Positions 35,256 to 46,251 are shown, counted from the first letter of the whole stretch. The stretch: 63,201 bases of DNA, filler included, from Stramenopiles sp. TOSAG23-2 (GCA_900128395.1; 18 parts of 18 records of this genome joined end to end with filler, not necessarily neighbours in it), one strand, 5' to 3'. The notes: a model not told the origin generated them from the letters alone. Program-made: numbers and translations.

Positions 35256-35310
35256 TGAAGAGTAGGAATTATCATGAGTAAATTAAAACAATAAATTATG
35301 CGTAAATTAA
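35256..35310 (+). repeat. Dispersed repeat family A, 3' end at the contig edge
   Basis: GAGTAGGAATTATCATGAGTAAATTAAAA..TAAATTATGCGTAAATTAA, nearly identical to 49391-49443. Confidence 0.85.
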
Positions 35311-35385
35311 TTTATAATATTTATAATTTAATATATATGAAAGTATATATTATATTTTTTATGTACACACATCATATACATATAA

Positions 35386-36114
35386 TTATGGCGCATCATT
35401 ACCATTAAATTCGACGTATCTAGGATGTTGTTTTCTTGCTGGTCCTCTTCCTTCAATATATTTTGAATCTTTTGCTGCTCCAATATCAAGAACTTCCCAT
35501 CCTTGTCCAGCTTGATTACATAACATAGTAACTACTTGTTTCGCAAAACCATCACCAGTAATTTCAATCGGCTGTTGTTTATTATTAGAAATGGAACTTG
35601 CGTTTACATGACAAAAAGCTTTTACCCATGTTGTTGTATTTGGATCTGCACCTCCTTTTACTGCAAGATCACTTAACCACGTTAATTGAGATTGATAAGG
35701 AGCAGGTGCTCGTTGTGATTCATTTGACCATCTACTATAAGATGCAGACATTTCACAAATTCCTTTCCCAGATAGTTGTTTCGCATATTTTTGTACAAAT
35801 TGTTTTGCTGGAGGGCCGGATGGAGTACATAGAAAGATAAAGTTAGCTTTTGAAAACATATCATCATGTGATGTGCCTATGACATTTTCACGCCCAATAC
35901 GTTTTGCTAATTGTTGGGCTCTTGACGGTTCCCTTGAGCCAATGATTATCGGAATAGAATATGTTGACCACCTTGCAGCATGTGCAGTTGCCATCATGCC
36001 TGTACCGACAATTCCTATCACAATATCTTTAAATTGTTCTGGCAAAGCAATTTGTTTTTCTAAAGACATATTACCCAAATAATATTGTACTGAATTTGAT
36101 AACCTTGCTCCCAT
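35386..36114 (-). CDS. NADP oxidoreductase, F420-dependent-like (FNO/STEAP N-terminal type) Rossmann protein
   Basis: IGIVGTGMMA, IIGSREP and WVKAF motifs. Confidence 0.75.
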   Translation of the reverse strand: MGARLSNSVQYYLGNMSLEKQIALPEQFKDIVIGIVGTGMMATAHAARWSTYSIPIIIGSREPSRAQQLAKRIGRENVIGTSHDDMFSKANFIFLCTPSGPPAKQFVQKYAKQLSGKGICEMSASYSRWSNESQRAPAPYQSQLTWLSDLAVKGGADPNTTTWVKAFCHVNASSISNNKQQPIEITGDGFAKQVVTMLCNQAGQGWEVLDIGAAKDSKYIEGRGPARKQHPRYVEFNGNDAP

Positions 36115-36495
36115 TTAACACACAATAAGATACACAACACACGATGGAGTTTGAATAATAATATGTGTTTTATCACTATTCTCACGTCGTTAATAATATG
36201 TGAAGAGATAAAATGTTTTGTGTACTATATACATGGATGTTTTGGGTGTTGGACATTAAATACCACACCGTATTAAAATTTAAATATTTAAATTTAGGCC
36301 AGTAAGGAGGAGAGGACGAATACACATATATTTAAGGAAAATAACACTGGATTACCATTGATATAGAATTTTTACATCCCCATCACCCCCTTACCCTTTT
36401 TTTCTTCCTTTTCTTTTTCCCTCTGTTTATTTTTCAAACATATACTATATATATATAGATTCATTAACATATATATTATATTCATTTAGTATCTT

Positions 36496-37360
36496 TTAAT
36501 TTCTACCATTGGCCCCATAGTATAAAATTTGCCATACCAATGTACCATTCACTAGAAGGGAAGTCGATTGTGTTGTTATCATCAATGCATCTCCAGCTAA
36601 TTGTTTAAATACTGTGGAGCGAAGCGTATGAATGTGTGATGTGTTAGAGAGGATATCTAGTGTGGTTTCAGGGGAATAGAATTTTACGTTACCTGTATAA
36701 ATACGAACTAAACTACCAATAACTGTGAAGCATAGCGTATATGAATGTGTGATGTGTTAGAAAGGATATCTTATTTTCGGTTTAGGGGAATAGAATTTAC
36801 TTACAATTTAACAAAGTAGTAGTAAAACTTAATTCACCAACAGCTTGTGCACGGAAATTTTCAACAACTTGTGGCAATTTACCAGTTAAACCAAGTATAA
36901 TTGTGATTGTTTTTGATAAATTCAATATTTGAGTACCTAGAGCATTGCCAAAAAATTCTTTTGCTTTCGACATAACAACACCAGATACACCAACACCAAA
37001 AATAAATTGTGATATGTAAGCCATAGAACGTCGTCGTTCAAAATAAAAAATTTGAGAACTAATAATTAATGTACCTAAACCTTGAAACAAATTTTCACCA
37101 TATGCAGAGAATGGATGCTTTTCACTATATGAATATGCAAATGCAAATATATACGCAGCAAGATCTTGCAAGTTTGTCAACAAATTTACACCCCTTGCAG
37201 ATCCAGCATTATGTATTTGCATTATCTGTGGGATTTTATATACCATGGAAAAAAATATTACAATATAACCTAATACAATAGCAATTTGTGATTTTGGTTT
37301 TTTTTGTATCGCCATCTCATTTTTTTTTGTTGACGGTGTAACTTTCGTTGATCCAGCCAT
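36496..37360 (-). CDS. MPDU1: PQ-loop protein, MPDU1/Lec35-like, 3 exons (37360-36805, 36722-36693, 36611-36496)
   Basis: KIPQI, FSAYGE and KLPQV motifs. Splicing out two introns restores GELSFTTTLLNFIGSLVRIYTVFKQLAGD...LVNGTLVWQILYYG, matching the MPDU1 C-terminus. Confidence 0.85.
36612..36692 (-). mobile_element. 81-nt spliceosomal intron, introner-like copy 2
   Basis: GTAACG donor, CTAAC branch site, CAG acceptor; shares TTCTATTCCCCT, GATATCCT and TCTAACACATCACACATTCAT with copy 1. Confidence 0.75.
36723..36804 (-). mobile_element. 82-nt spliceosomal intron, introner-like copy 1
   Basis: GTAAGT donor, CTAAC branch site, CAG acceptor; homologous along its length to intron 36612-36692. 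Confidence 0.75.
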
Positions 37361-38129
37361 GATATATATATATATATCTATATATCTTATATCTTTGTTG
37401 TCAACACACTAATATATCCTTTATGTAGATATAATTAAATTTTTCCACCAATATGTTTATATACACAATTATAAAGCGCCACCGAGAAGCAAAAATACAC
37501 ATCCTCATATCTATAAAACAATATATTTATTATTATTATATTTATTTTTCGTTCTTCCCATTCAATCTACTGTAAATCTCTTCGTCGTGTTAGACCGACG
37601 ACGACGACAAAAAAATTAGATGTTGTATAGATTGAAAAATTTGATATAATTTTTAAGGATATTATATAAATAAAATTGTGTCAATCAGTATATTAATTAA
37701 CATGGATTTGTCGTGCTTACAAAAAAAGAGAAAAATATTATACCGCCTATCAAAGAGTCTAGGGATTTCCGTAGTCTCAACGCAAAAATGTGACAAAAGG
37801 TGTGAGGATTTTCAAGGAAGAAGTTTTACAGTCGTCTGCACGTCTTGTTGAAAGACCATAAAATGGAGTTGAACATTTCATCAAAGTTTTGAGATAATTA
37901 TATTATTCGTATAAAAAATATTTGACATAAAAATATACGAAGCGATGAATTTTGCAATTCGAGATGAATAATACAAGAAAAGTTCGCTAAAAATTGTTTT
38001 TTACACAGTACTCCTGTGTCTGTGTGGTGTACCCGACACAATCGTGTATACTATTGTTCTTTTCCTTTTTGCATACCTCGCACAAATGCTCATAAATGTG
38101 TAGAGCAAACCTATCTCAACAAACACTAC

Positions 38130-38520
38130 TCACAATTTACTTTGAAGAAACAATCGATTTTGTATTTCCTTCCTTACATTTGGTGCAAAACGTGATAATA
38201 TGACACTTAATCCAACGACGGATAGGCTTGTCAAAGGAAAGACAGTGGCCAATCCATACATGCCTAGATAATATTCTAAAAAATGAAACCAATCTGCACG
38301 TACTACTTCATAATTCATATCTTCCTCCGTCGTACCTAAACGTCTTGAAACAGAAGAATGTATTCTTGTATAAAATCGATCATAATTTTTTAATGATGGA
38401 TGCATATGCATATTTTTTAACCATGTCCATAAGTTTGGATATTCATCAATAATTGGAATTACTTCTTCGCTTAATGGTCCAAATGATTTAGTACCACTAA
38501 ACATGCATTGAAAATGCCCT
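38130..38520 (-). CDS. Last exon of a probable GST-C-terminal-like protein with a TM segment and C-terminal SKL
   Basis: AG acceptor at 38522-38521, then GHFQCM...IDEYPNLWTWLKNM, hydrophobic tail, QSKL*. Confidence 0.5.
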
Positions 38521-39145
38521 CTATATGCATATGATATACCACCGTAGAGTAATGTTTTTTTATTTCATATATACAAAAATATTTTGTGTTGTTAGATGAT
38601 CTAATTATTATAATTTTTTTTTGTTACAATAGATATTCATATATATGTATATAAATGTATATATATANNNNNNNNNNNNNNNNNNNNNNNNNNNNNNNNN
38701 NNNNNNNNNNNTTAATTAATTAANNNNNNNNNNNNNNNNNNNNNNNNNNNNNNNNNNNNNNNNNNNNTAATCGTAAAATAAAATCAAAACGTGAAAAGAT
38801 ATTGTATGGTGCATATAATTTTAGTTAAAATAAAATAATATGATAAGTAGAAACACCTGTTTATTCTATCATATCTCAGTATCAGTATTATATCTCATAT
38901 TTTGATAGAGATATGATTATGATACTCGTATATATTACGAGTATATCTATCTATCAATAAATATTAACTCTATTATTTCTGAGATAGAGTATTGAGCACA
39001 TATCATAGTATTCATCACCGGATGATGTCATACGATTGTACTCGTACATGTTCGTAAAAATTATTAAAAAATTATGTGGCTTACTCGTAGACTTTAACTA
39101 TTATTATCTAGAATATTGCATATATGTATACCATGGCTCCGTCAC

Positions 39146-39180
39146 TGTATTCTTTTGAGAGTAGGAATTGTCATAAGTAG
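39146..39180 (+). repeat. Dispersed repeat family A, diverged short copy
   Basis: TGTATTCTTTTGAGAGTAGGAATTGTCATAAGTA. Confidence 0.7.
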
Positions 39181-39578
39181 TATATAATAAATTTCTGGTA
39201 GTGATTTAAGGATTTTGTTTTTAAGGGATTTTTTTCTGTTTCTAATGCTATTATGGTGCTAAACAGAAAAAAAAATATAAATTTTGTTTTTTTATCCTTA
39301 AAATTAGGTTCAAAAAACCGAAAATTTTGAGATTTTTTAGTGCTATTCCTATGCTAATTAAAAAATCGCATAAAAAACCTTAAATCAACAATATCAAAGT
39401 TGGGATTTCACAAAACCAACTTGAAAAAGTTCGCAAATCACTTTTTATGTTTAGTGGGGGGAACAAAATTCATTTCTGTATAAGAGATAAAACACTACAC
39501 ATAATGAAGAAACAATAATAATAATAACAACAACAATAACAACAACAACGAAAAACAAAACAAAATTAAGAAACAAAT

Positions 39579-39788
39579 ATGGCTTCTAATGTAGTAGCAA
39601 CCGAACAAAAAAGAAATGAAACCACATCAAAAAAAGCTTCTAAAGAAAAGGTTAAAAGGGTTTCGTTGAAAGAACGAAAAGTTTTAATTCAAAAAAAAGA
39701 GAAAGAACTTGAAAAAGAAAGACGAGAAGGCAATATATCTATGGACGAGTTAATGAAAAAATACGGTGAGTTGGTTTTTAGTTTTTAG
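39579..39788 (+). CDS. Small basic hypothetical protein
   Basis: 69-aa K/E-rich ORF with an A-rich leader. Confidence 0.4.
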   Translation: MASNVVATEQKRNETTSKKASKEKVKRVSLKERKVLIQKKEKELEKERREGNISMDELMKKYGELVFSF

Positions 39789-40067
39789 TTTTTGTAAATA
39801 TTAAAAAAGACCAACATTTAACTTGAAGCTTCATTTTTGGTAATAGTGTTTTCATCGTAGCAAAAAATGAGTGGTGAAGTTTTTCAAATTTCAAATAGAA
39901 TAAAAATATAGGAAGGAATTTTAGACTACTTTTGGTTCTATACTCATTATAATTATATATGTAATGAACTCTTTAAGTCCATTTACTAAATAATATAAAT
40001 TAAATAAGTTATTAAATAATTTTATTCTGCTTCAATTAAATTTTCAATTCGTTGAAGCTTCATAAAA

Positions 40068-40268
40068 TTATGCTATATTATCTTCCAATTCTTCCTTTTC
40101 TTCATCTGTTAAATCGTCCCAATCTTTATCATATTGAGATACTGCTTGTTGTTGTCTATAACAAACATAACATAAATCAGCCTCGCAATATTTATAAAGC
40201 TCATCACATTCTTCATAACAAAACGGACATTCTATACATTCATAAGAGGAACTATCTGTATCACTCAT
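40068..40268 (-). CDS. Small acidic CxxC...CxxC zinc-binding protein, virus-like, possibly frameshifted at the 3' end
   Basis: ATG at 40268 downstream of GACTTAAA; CPFC and CYVC motifs. Confidence 0.55.
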   Translation of the reverse strand: MSDTDSSSYECIECPFCYEECDELYKYCEADLCYVCYRQQQAVSQYDKDWDDLTDEEKEELEDNIA

Positions 40269-40323
40269 TATATTTAGATATATACTCAATTGTTTAAGTC
40301 CTTTTACTAATTAATATTTATTC

Positions 40324-41556
40324 TTAACACATATCATTAGTAGTAAATTCACATTCATTAAAAAATTCATTTACAGTTCCAGTAGCACATAACTTTATTT
40401 TTTTTACAAGAAATTTTTTATCATACTTTTTATATCTATATTCTATGCTTTCTAACTTCTTCATAAATTCAATATAAAATTTATCAAAAGTAATTAGTTC
40501 TTTTTGTGTAAGTATCTCATTTGGATTGTTTGGATTTAATTTTTTTATTTCACTAAAACTTTTTTGTTTAATTAATATACAAAGTTTTGGATACAAACTT
40601 CTAATCATATTTTTAAAGTCATCTGTAAATTTAGATTTTGTATGAAAAAATTTATATCGTTTCTCTTGTATATCTAAATGAAAATCTAACAACTTACATA
40701 CATACTTATTCATTTTTTCCCAATTAATTTCATTTGGTGATATATCTGTATAATAATTAATTCTTGAATTATGTATTTGATTATCATACTTATTAAATCC
40801 AGCTTTTCGCATATTTTCAAACTCTTCTATATGATGGCTACGCCTATATAAATTTTTTACATTTGGTGCTTCACTCTTATTAAACAAGGCAACGAGGAAT
40901 TTTTCTATATTTGTAAAATCAAAATGTATGGAAGAATTATCAAATATACCATTCCATTTATAAGAACTTAAATTTCTATATTTATAAATTTGTAATTGAT
41001 ATGTAGTATCTGGAATATTCCTTGGTGTTATTGATGTTGAAGCATCTTGTAATCTAACTATTTTTGTTGTATTTCCATATTCAAATTTGGCTCTTCCTGA
41101 ATTTGTTAATCCAATAAATCTGTATCTAATATCACAATATTTATGCTTATACAATTTTCCAATTTTAAAATATATTGGAGGTGGAACAGGAAAGTTAATA
41201 TCAGCAACCGCAAAAGATTTAATTATTCCCCATACATCTTCAGGAAAATAATAACCATCTTTATGAAAAGCTTGAAATAGTTTATTACTTAAATCAATCA
41301 TTCCAAAGGCTAAATCATTACAAATAGATAAATCTTTTTTTAAATTATAATATCTATCTCTTTCAGCTGTTAAACATTTATCTTTAACACCTTTTATATA
41401 AACATTTCTGTTATTAAAGCCTTTGTCTTCACCATTTTCATTAATATATCTTTCTTGATTTACTTCGTTATATGGTAAATTTAAATTATCTAACTTTTTT
41501 TGGTAGTTGCTTTCACTATTAAATGCTTTCTGTAAATTCTCTTGTATGCTTAACAT
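40324..41556 (-). CDS. Virus-like hypothetical protein with a possible F-box-like motif
   Basis: 410-aa K/N/I/Y-rich ORF; FPEDVWGIIKSF. Confidence 0.6.
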   Translation of the reverse strand: MLSIQENLQKAFNSESNYQKKLDNLNLPYNEVNQERYINENGEDKGFNNRNVYIKGVKDKCLTAERDRYYNLKKDLSICNDLAFGMIDLSNKLFQAFHKDGYYFPEDVWGIIKSFAVADINFPVPPPIYFKIGKLYKHKYCDIRYRFIGLTNSGRAKFEYGNTTKIVRLQDASTSITPRNIPDTTYQLQIYKYRNLSSYKWNGIFDNSSIHFDFTNIEKFLVALFNKSEAPNVKNLYRRSHHIEEFENMRKAGFNKYDNQIHNSRINYYTDISPNEINWEKMNKYVCKLLDFHLDIQEKRYKFFHTKSKFTDDFKNMIRSLYPKLCILIKQKSFSEIKKLNPNNPNEILTQKELITFDKFYIEFMKKLESIEYRYKKYDKKFLVKKIKLCATGTVNEFFNECEFTTNDMC

Positions 41557-41592
41557 ATTATATTTATATATGTAATGAACTCTTTAAGTCCA
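41557..41592 (-). promoter_or_regulatory. Repeated putative viral promoter TGGACTTAAAGAGTTCATTACATATA
   Basis: Identical block at ~39955-39982; core GACTTAAA also at 40293-40300; each lies about 23-34 nt upstream of an ATG. Confidence 0.7.
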
Positions 41593-41605
41593 TTATATAT
41601 ATATA

Positions 41606-41932
41606 TTATTTTCGTATGTTCCTACGACATATAGCACATTTGTCTATTTTATTAAAACAATTCTCACAAAATTTATGTCCGCACCCTGTAATTTTTAATT
41701 TACCTTCATCTATAATTTCAAGACATATAGGACACTCCAACTTTTTCTTCAGTTCTTTCATCATATTTTCTATTTCATTAACCAAATGATTTGGTAATAC
41801 ATCTAATATAGGTTGAATTGTATTATATTGTTGCTGGAATAAATAATGATTAATTGTTAATTCCTCATAGTATTTAGCCCACGCATACGCTTTTTGTTTT
41901 CGTAATTTAGTAATTATATTTTGATTACTCAT
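41606..41932 (-). CDS. Small C3HC4 RING finger protein (putative E3 ligase)
   Basis: CPIC-x11-CGHKFCENC-x6-CAIC. Confidence 0.88.
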   Translation of the reverse strand: MSNQNIITKLRKQKAYAWAKYYEELTINHYLFQQQYNTIQPILDVLPNHLVNEIENMMKELKKKLECPICLEIIDEGKLKITGCGHKFCENCFNKIDKCAICRRNIRK

Positions 41933-41958
41933 CTATAAATATTAATTCAAAGATATGT

Positions 41959-42179
41959 TTATATTGTTTTTGTTATTAATTTATTTAATAGTTGTTGTTG
42001 TAAGAAATATTGTTTTAACTGTTTTAATTCTTCTTCTTTTTTTGTGTCTATTTTTTTTCTAATTATTACTCTTTTTGGTTTCATTTTAAGTTTCTGTTTT
42101 AAATCTACAATTTCTTCTTTTAAGTTTTTTATCAATAAATCTTTTTTGTTGTCTAACTCTAAATAAAACTGTGTAGCTT
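41959..42179 (-). CDS. C-terminal fragment of a K-rich virus-like ORF
   Basis: Open frame from the gap to TAA at 41961-41959, only 26 nt before the RING start codon. Confidence 0.5.
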
Positions 42180-42640
42180 NNNNNNNNNNNNNNNNNNNNN
42201 NNNNNNNNNNNNNNNNNNNNNNNTTAATTAATTAANNNNNNNNNNNNNNNNNNNNNNNNNNNNNNNNNNNNNNNNNNNNATTTTTTGCGATTTCTCGTCG
42301 ATTTCCTATCAATTAGTTAACTTATAGTATACTAATGTTGTATTTAAATAGAAAATTTTAGGGTGTGTAAAAAATCGGAGGGGGTTACATAATTCTTCAA
42401 CCATATATAATAAAATTACAAGTAATATATTCATTTACCTGGTAAGGGATATAGAAGAAATACAAATAAATTTAACCAACATCATGTAAATACAAAATAT
42501 AGAAGAAAAAATAGAGGGACAACTGTTGTTACAAATAATATTATATATAGAAGTATTCATATCGTCGTGTTGAAAGATCGTAAAAGTCTACGCAAAAAAA
42601 TAAAATAAATTATTATAAATTATAAATTATTATTAAAATA

Positions 42641-45003
42641 ATGAGAAATAGAAAAAAAAAGAAAACAACATCAACAAATAATAATAATAATACATTAGTG
42701 AAATATTATACGAGAAATGAAGTTGCAAAGCACTCCACCGAAGAAGATTGTTGGATCATTATCAAAAATAAAATATATGATATTACAAAGTTTCTAAAAA
42801 GACATCCTGGTGGTTCTGCACCATTACGGTATGCAGGAATTGATACGACAAAGGTATTTCATAAAATACATTCACCAACTGTTTTGCAGAAAATGGGAAA
42901 CAAATTTCAAGTTGGACTGTTAAACCCAAGGGAAGGGGTTGAATCAGAAAGGGATGATGATGATGATGATGAAGATATAAATAAAAGTGTATATGATGTA
43001 CAAGCAGATCCAGATGGATATAATGAAAGAACACGTAAACTTAGCATTGGTATAGCGGAAAAAAGAGAATTTGGTGATTTAATGGCTAATGAAGGAGAAG
43101 TATCTAATATTCCAACAATTGTATTATGCCTTTATTTTGCTATAATGGCATGGTCCTATTTAACTTCAATTGTTACAGGTTGTTCCATTTTAGTTGTTCC
43201 TGCATATTACATTGTTGGAATGATTGGATTTTACAATTGGCATCGAATGGCACATTCAGAATGGTTACACGGGATATTTATGAAATATGGTTTAACATAC
43301 TTGGCTGAATTGCATGAAATCCATATGGAACATCATTTAGAACGTTATCCACCTGCAGATTTTTATGGTTCAGCAAAGTTATTTGCTAAATTATATCCTG
43401 ATGGAAAACCAACTATTTATTCTTTAATGGATCTTACAAAGACAACAAATATTGCAGATGGCACTGCAATGGAAAGTACAACGGCAAAGTTAACGAAGAA
43501 AAAGAAGAAGGTATNNNNNNNNNNNNNNNNNNNNNNNNNNNNNNNNNNNNNNNNNNNNNNNNNNNNNNNNNNNNNNNNNNNNNNNNNNNNNNNNNNNNNN
43601 NNNNNNNNNNNNNNNNNNNNAGAAGAAGAAAGAGACAATTGATAGAACTGCCCCAGCACATTCTTTTTTAGCTCATGAGTGGCCTGTAATCGTCACAGGA
43701 TTAATGATATTAATTATTGGAATGTTTCCACCATTTAATACATCTAAAGCTACAACATTCTTTATTTTTATTGAATATTTTTTTCAAGCAAGTATAATGA
43801 ATGCTTTGCATATGAGTTTTCATGTTCGAAATTTTCACTTGGAAAAATATGCATGGTATCGTGAACTTCGTACATTGCATTATATACACCATTTAGGTGA
43901 TATGAAAACAAATTTTGGCATGATAAATCTTGGAATTGATGGATTTTTCCATTCTTTGGCGGTTGAAGATCATCGTGTGAAGAAAAAGAAAACGGCAAAA
44001 GGATATTATCAGCAAGTTGTGCATGGGAAAACGGATGATCATTTTCCAATAGGAATTACAAAAACAAACGTCTTGATGTCTGCTCAACATGCTGGTATGG
44101 TATCTCAAATGTTGGGGTTTGATATGCCAATGGACCAGGAAGATTCAAAAGCAGCAAAAATGAAGACAAAGAAAAGTTTTCCTGCGGTACTCCTTCGCAT
44201 CATTTTAACTTGTACCACAATGTACATGTGGTGGCATGTTTCGAATCACTTAGATGCAATAATGATCAATAAAAGGCCACCTAATACTTTAATGGATGGA
44301 AATAAAAACGTTATTTTGTTGAGTGATATCACTCCTAATCCTGATATTGGTCACGTATATTTGTCCAAAATTACAAAATGGTTGATGGAAGGAGCTGGTG
44401 CACCACGTGCAGTATTTTTCTGTGCGTTAAGTGATTGTATTGGAGAAATCATGTGTCTCATCGTTTGTCTTATTTCTTTATTTGGTGTTTCATTTCGGCC
44501 AATGTTGAGTGGAATGTTCATACTTATTATAAGCATGCTTTTAAAGATTTTAGGAGCAAATACATTAATCATTCCAACAAATAAAATATCGTTTTGGCAA
44601 GAAACTCCAGGATTTCTTGGTGGGCATTTTTTTGTTAAACCTTATAAAGGTNNNNNNNNNNNNNNNNGAAACTCCAGCATTTCTTGGTGGGCATTTTTTT
44701 GTTAAACCTTATAAAGGTTATAGTTTTCTTTCCGCCCGTGTTGCATATAGTGCTGTTGTGGTTTTAGAATTACTATCTATATCTGTATATAGTCAAGGGG
44801 AACAGTTTTTTGGGAAAATTCAAGCAAAACATAAAACGTTTGCTGCATTGCTTGGTATATTATTATTGTTCTTTCAAGCAGGAATTAGTATTGCATTGCG
44901 TGAAACATGGACATTTGATGTAATAATAGCGTTGGTAATTGCACGTTATTGTGGTATCATTGCTGATAGATATACACCATGGGTTGATGTATTTGTTCCA
45001 TAA
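42641..45003 (+). CDS. Cytochrome b5 + fatty acid hydroxylase/desaturase-like + sphingomyelin/IPC-synthase-like multidomain membrane protein (spans two N gaps)
   Basis: HPGG heme motif; His boxes HRMAH, HMEHH, HMSFH and HYIHH; then PDIGH, SFLSARV and LRETWTFDV. Gaps at 43515-43620 and 44652-44667. Confidence 0.7.
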
Positions 45004-45343
45004 ATAATTTTTTAATACAGTGTTGTAAAAACTATTTGTGTGCGCGCGTGTGTGTGTAATATGTATAATAATGATATTAATACTTCTCGTAAAACTGAAA
45101 TCACAAATCACAAAATCCTTTTCTGAAATTCATTTTTTGACCCAATTTGGGTCCGCTTGATTTGGACGACGCAAAAACTTTTTTTTTCTTTAGTAAGAAG
45201 TTCGTAAGAGATTAAAAAATATTACGCAGTATATTATATATATATGATGTACACATGTAATAAAAAGTTTTTTAATGCTTTTTATCTTTTTTGTGTTTTA
45301 TTTCTCTCTCCCTCCCCCACCTCTCCTTCACTCCTTCACTCCT

Positions 45344-45691
45344 TCATTTTTTCAATGGATTTGCAAATTCCATCTGGAATTCCTCTGGCTGTTCCCATTG
45401 CACCTCATTTGTTTCCTTATTGCAATAATATGTCCTTCCACTGCTTTCATCTACCAAGGAGAACCATGTGGTGCTTTCTAATTTCCCCCTCTTGTCCACC
45501 TGTGATGTTGCCACGGTATTCGGTGACTTATTCTTCCTAATATTCTTACGATCATTGGTCAGCTTTGATAATCGTTTTAGTCGATTATCTTTTATTTTTC
45601 TAAGTGCATTTTCTTGCCTATTTGATTTGTTTTTTGCAACTATTTTCCCGTTTCTCCTCCCTGCGATTGTATCCGTTTCCCCCCGTTCCTT
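45344..45691 (-). CDS. C-terminal fragment with a WW domain (not in the ORF track)
   Basis: Minus strand reads WFSLVDESSGRTYYCNKETNEVQWEQPEEF...LKK*. Confidence 0.75.
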   Translation of the reverse strand, partial: KERGETDTIAGRRNGKIVAKNKSNRQENALRKIKDNRLKRLSKLTNDRKNIRKNKSPNTVATSQVDKRGKLESTTWFSLVDESSGRTYYCNKETNEVQWEQPEEFQMEFANPLKK

Positions 45692-45843
45692 NNNNNNNNN
45701 NNNNNNNNNNNNNNNNNNNNNNNNNNNNNNNNNNNTTAATTAATTAANNNNNNNNNNNNNNNNNNNNNNNNNNNNNNNNNNNNNNNNNNNNAATTGAAAC
45801 AAGCAGAGGAAAATCAACGTAAATCAACATGTGTGATATCGTA

Positions 45844-45875
<32 letters not shown>

Positions 45876-46251
45876 TTTGTGGTGTGTCTCTGGTGCTGTA
45901 CATAGTGTGTGTGTGTGTGTGTGTGATTAAATTTAAAAAACATATTAAAATTTTTATTATATGAAAGTAAAAAAATTAGATATATCATATCATACAGACG
46001 GTGTACTTTATATTCGTATGATGTAGAATGAAAAGCAAAAAAAATCACACTACCCACACACACACAGGTTTTAACGCAGGTGGTAATGCCTTCTACGTAC
46101 ATATTTTAATAAACGACGACACGTTTTCATAAAATACTTTTATTAGATACGACTGAAAGCACTTTCATTTGGAGCCAATGCTAAATGATCTACACCTCCA
46201 ATATGTCTGCAACTGACTCTACCATTACCAAATATTGTAAACAACGATTTA

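Larger units (their letters stand above)
39181..42179. mobile_element. Putative endogenous dsDNA virus segment (Polinton-like virus, virophage or NCLDV type)
   Basis: Very AT-rich, intronless, tightly packed co-oriented small ORFs sharing an upstream GACTTAAA motif; includes a RING ORF. No capsid, polymerase or ATPase hallmark in view; left boundary approximate. Confidence 0.6.

Noticed and set aside
37730-37900. Higher-GC stretch resembling decayed coding sequence
   Set aside because: The frame I read has stops and no recognisable motif; I could not support a call
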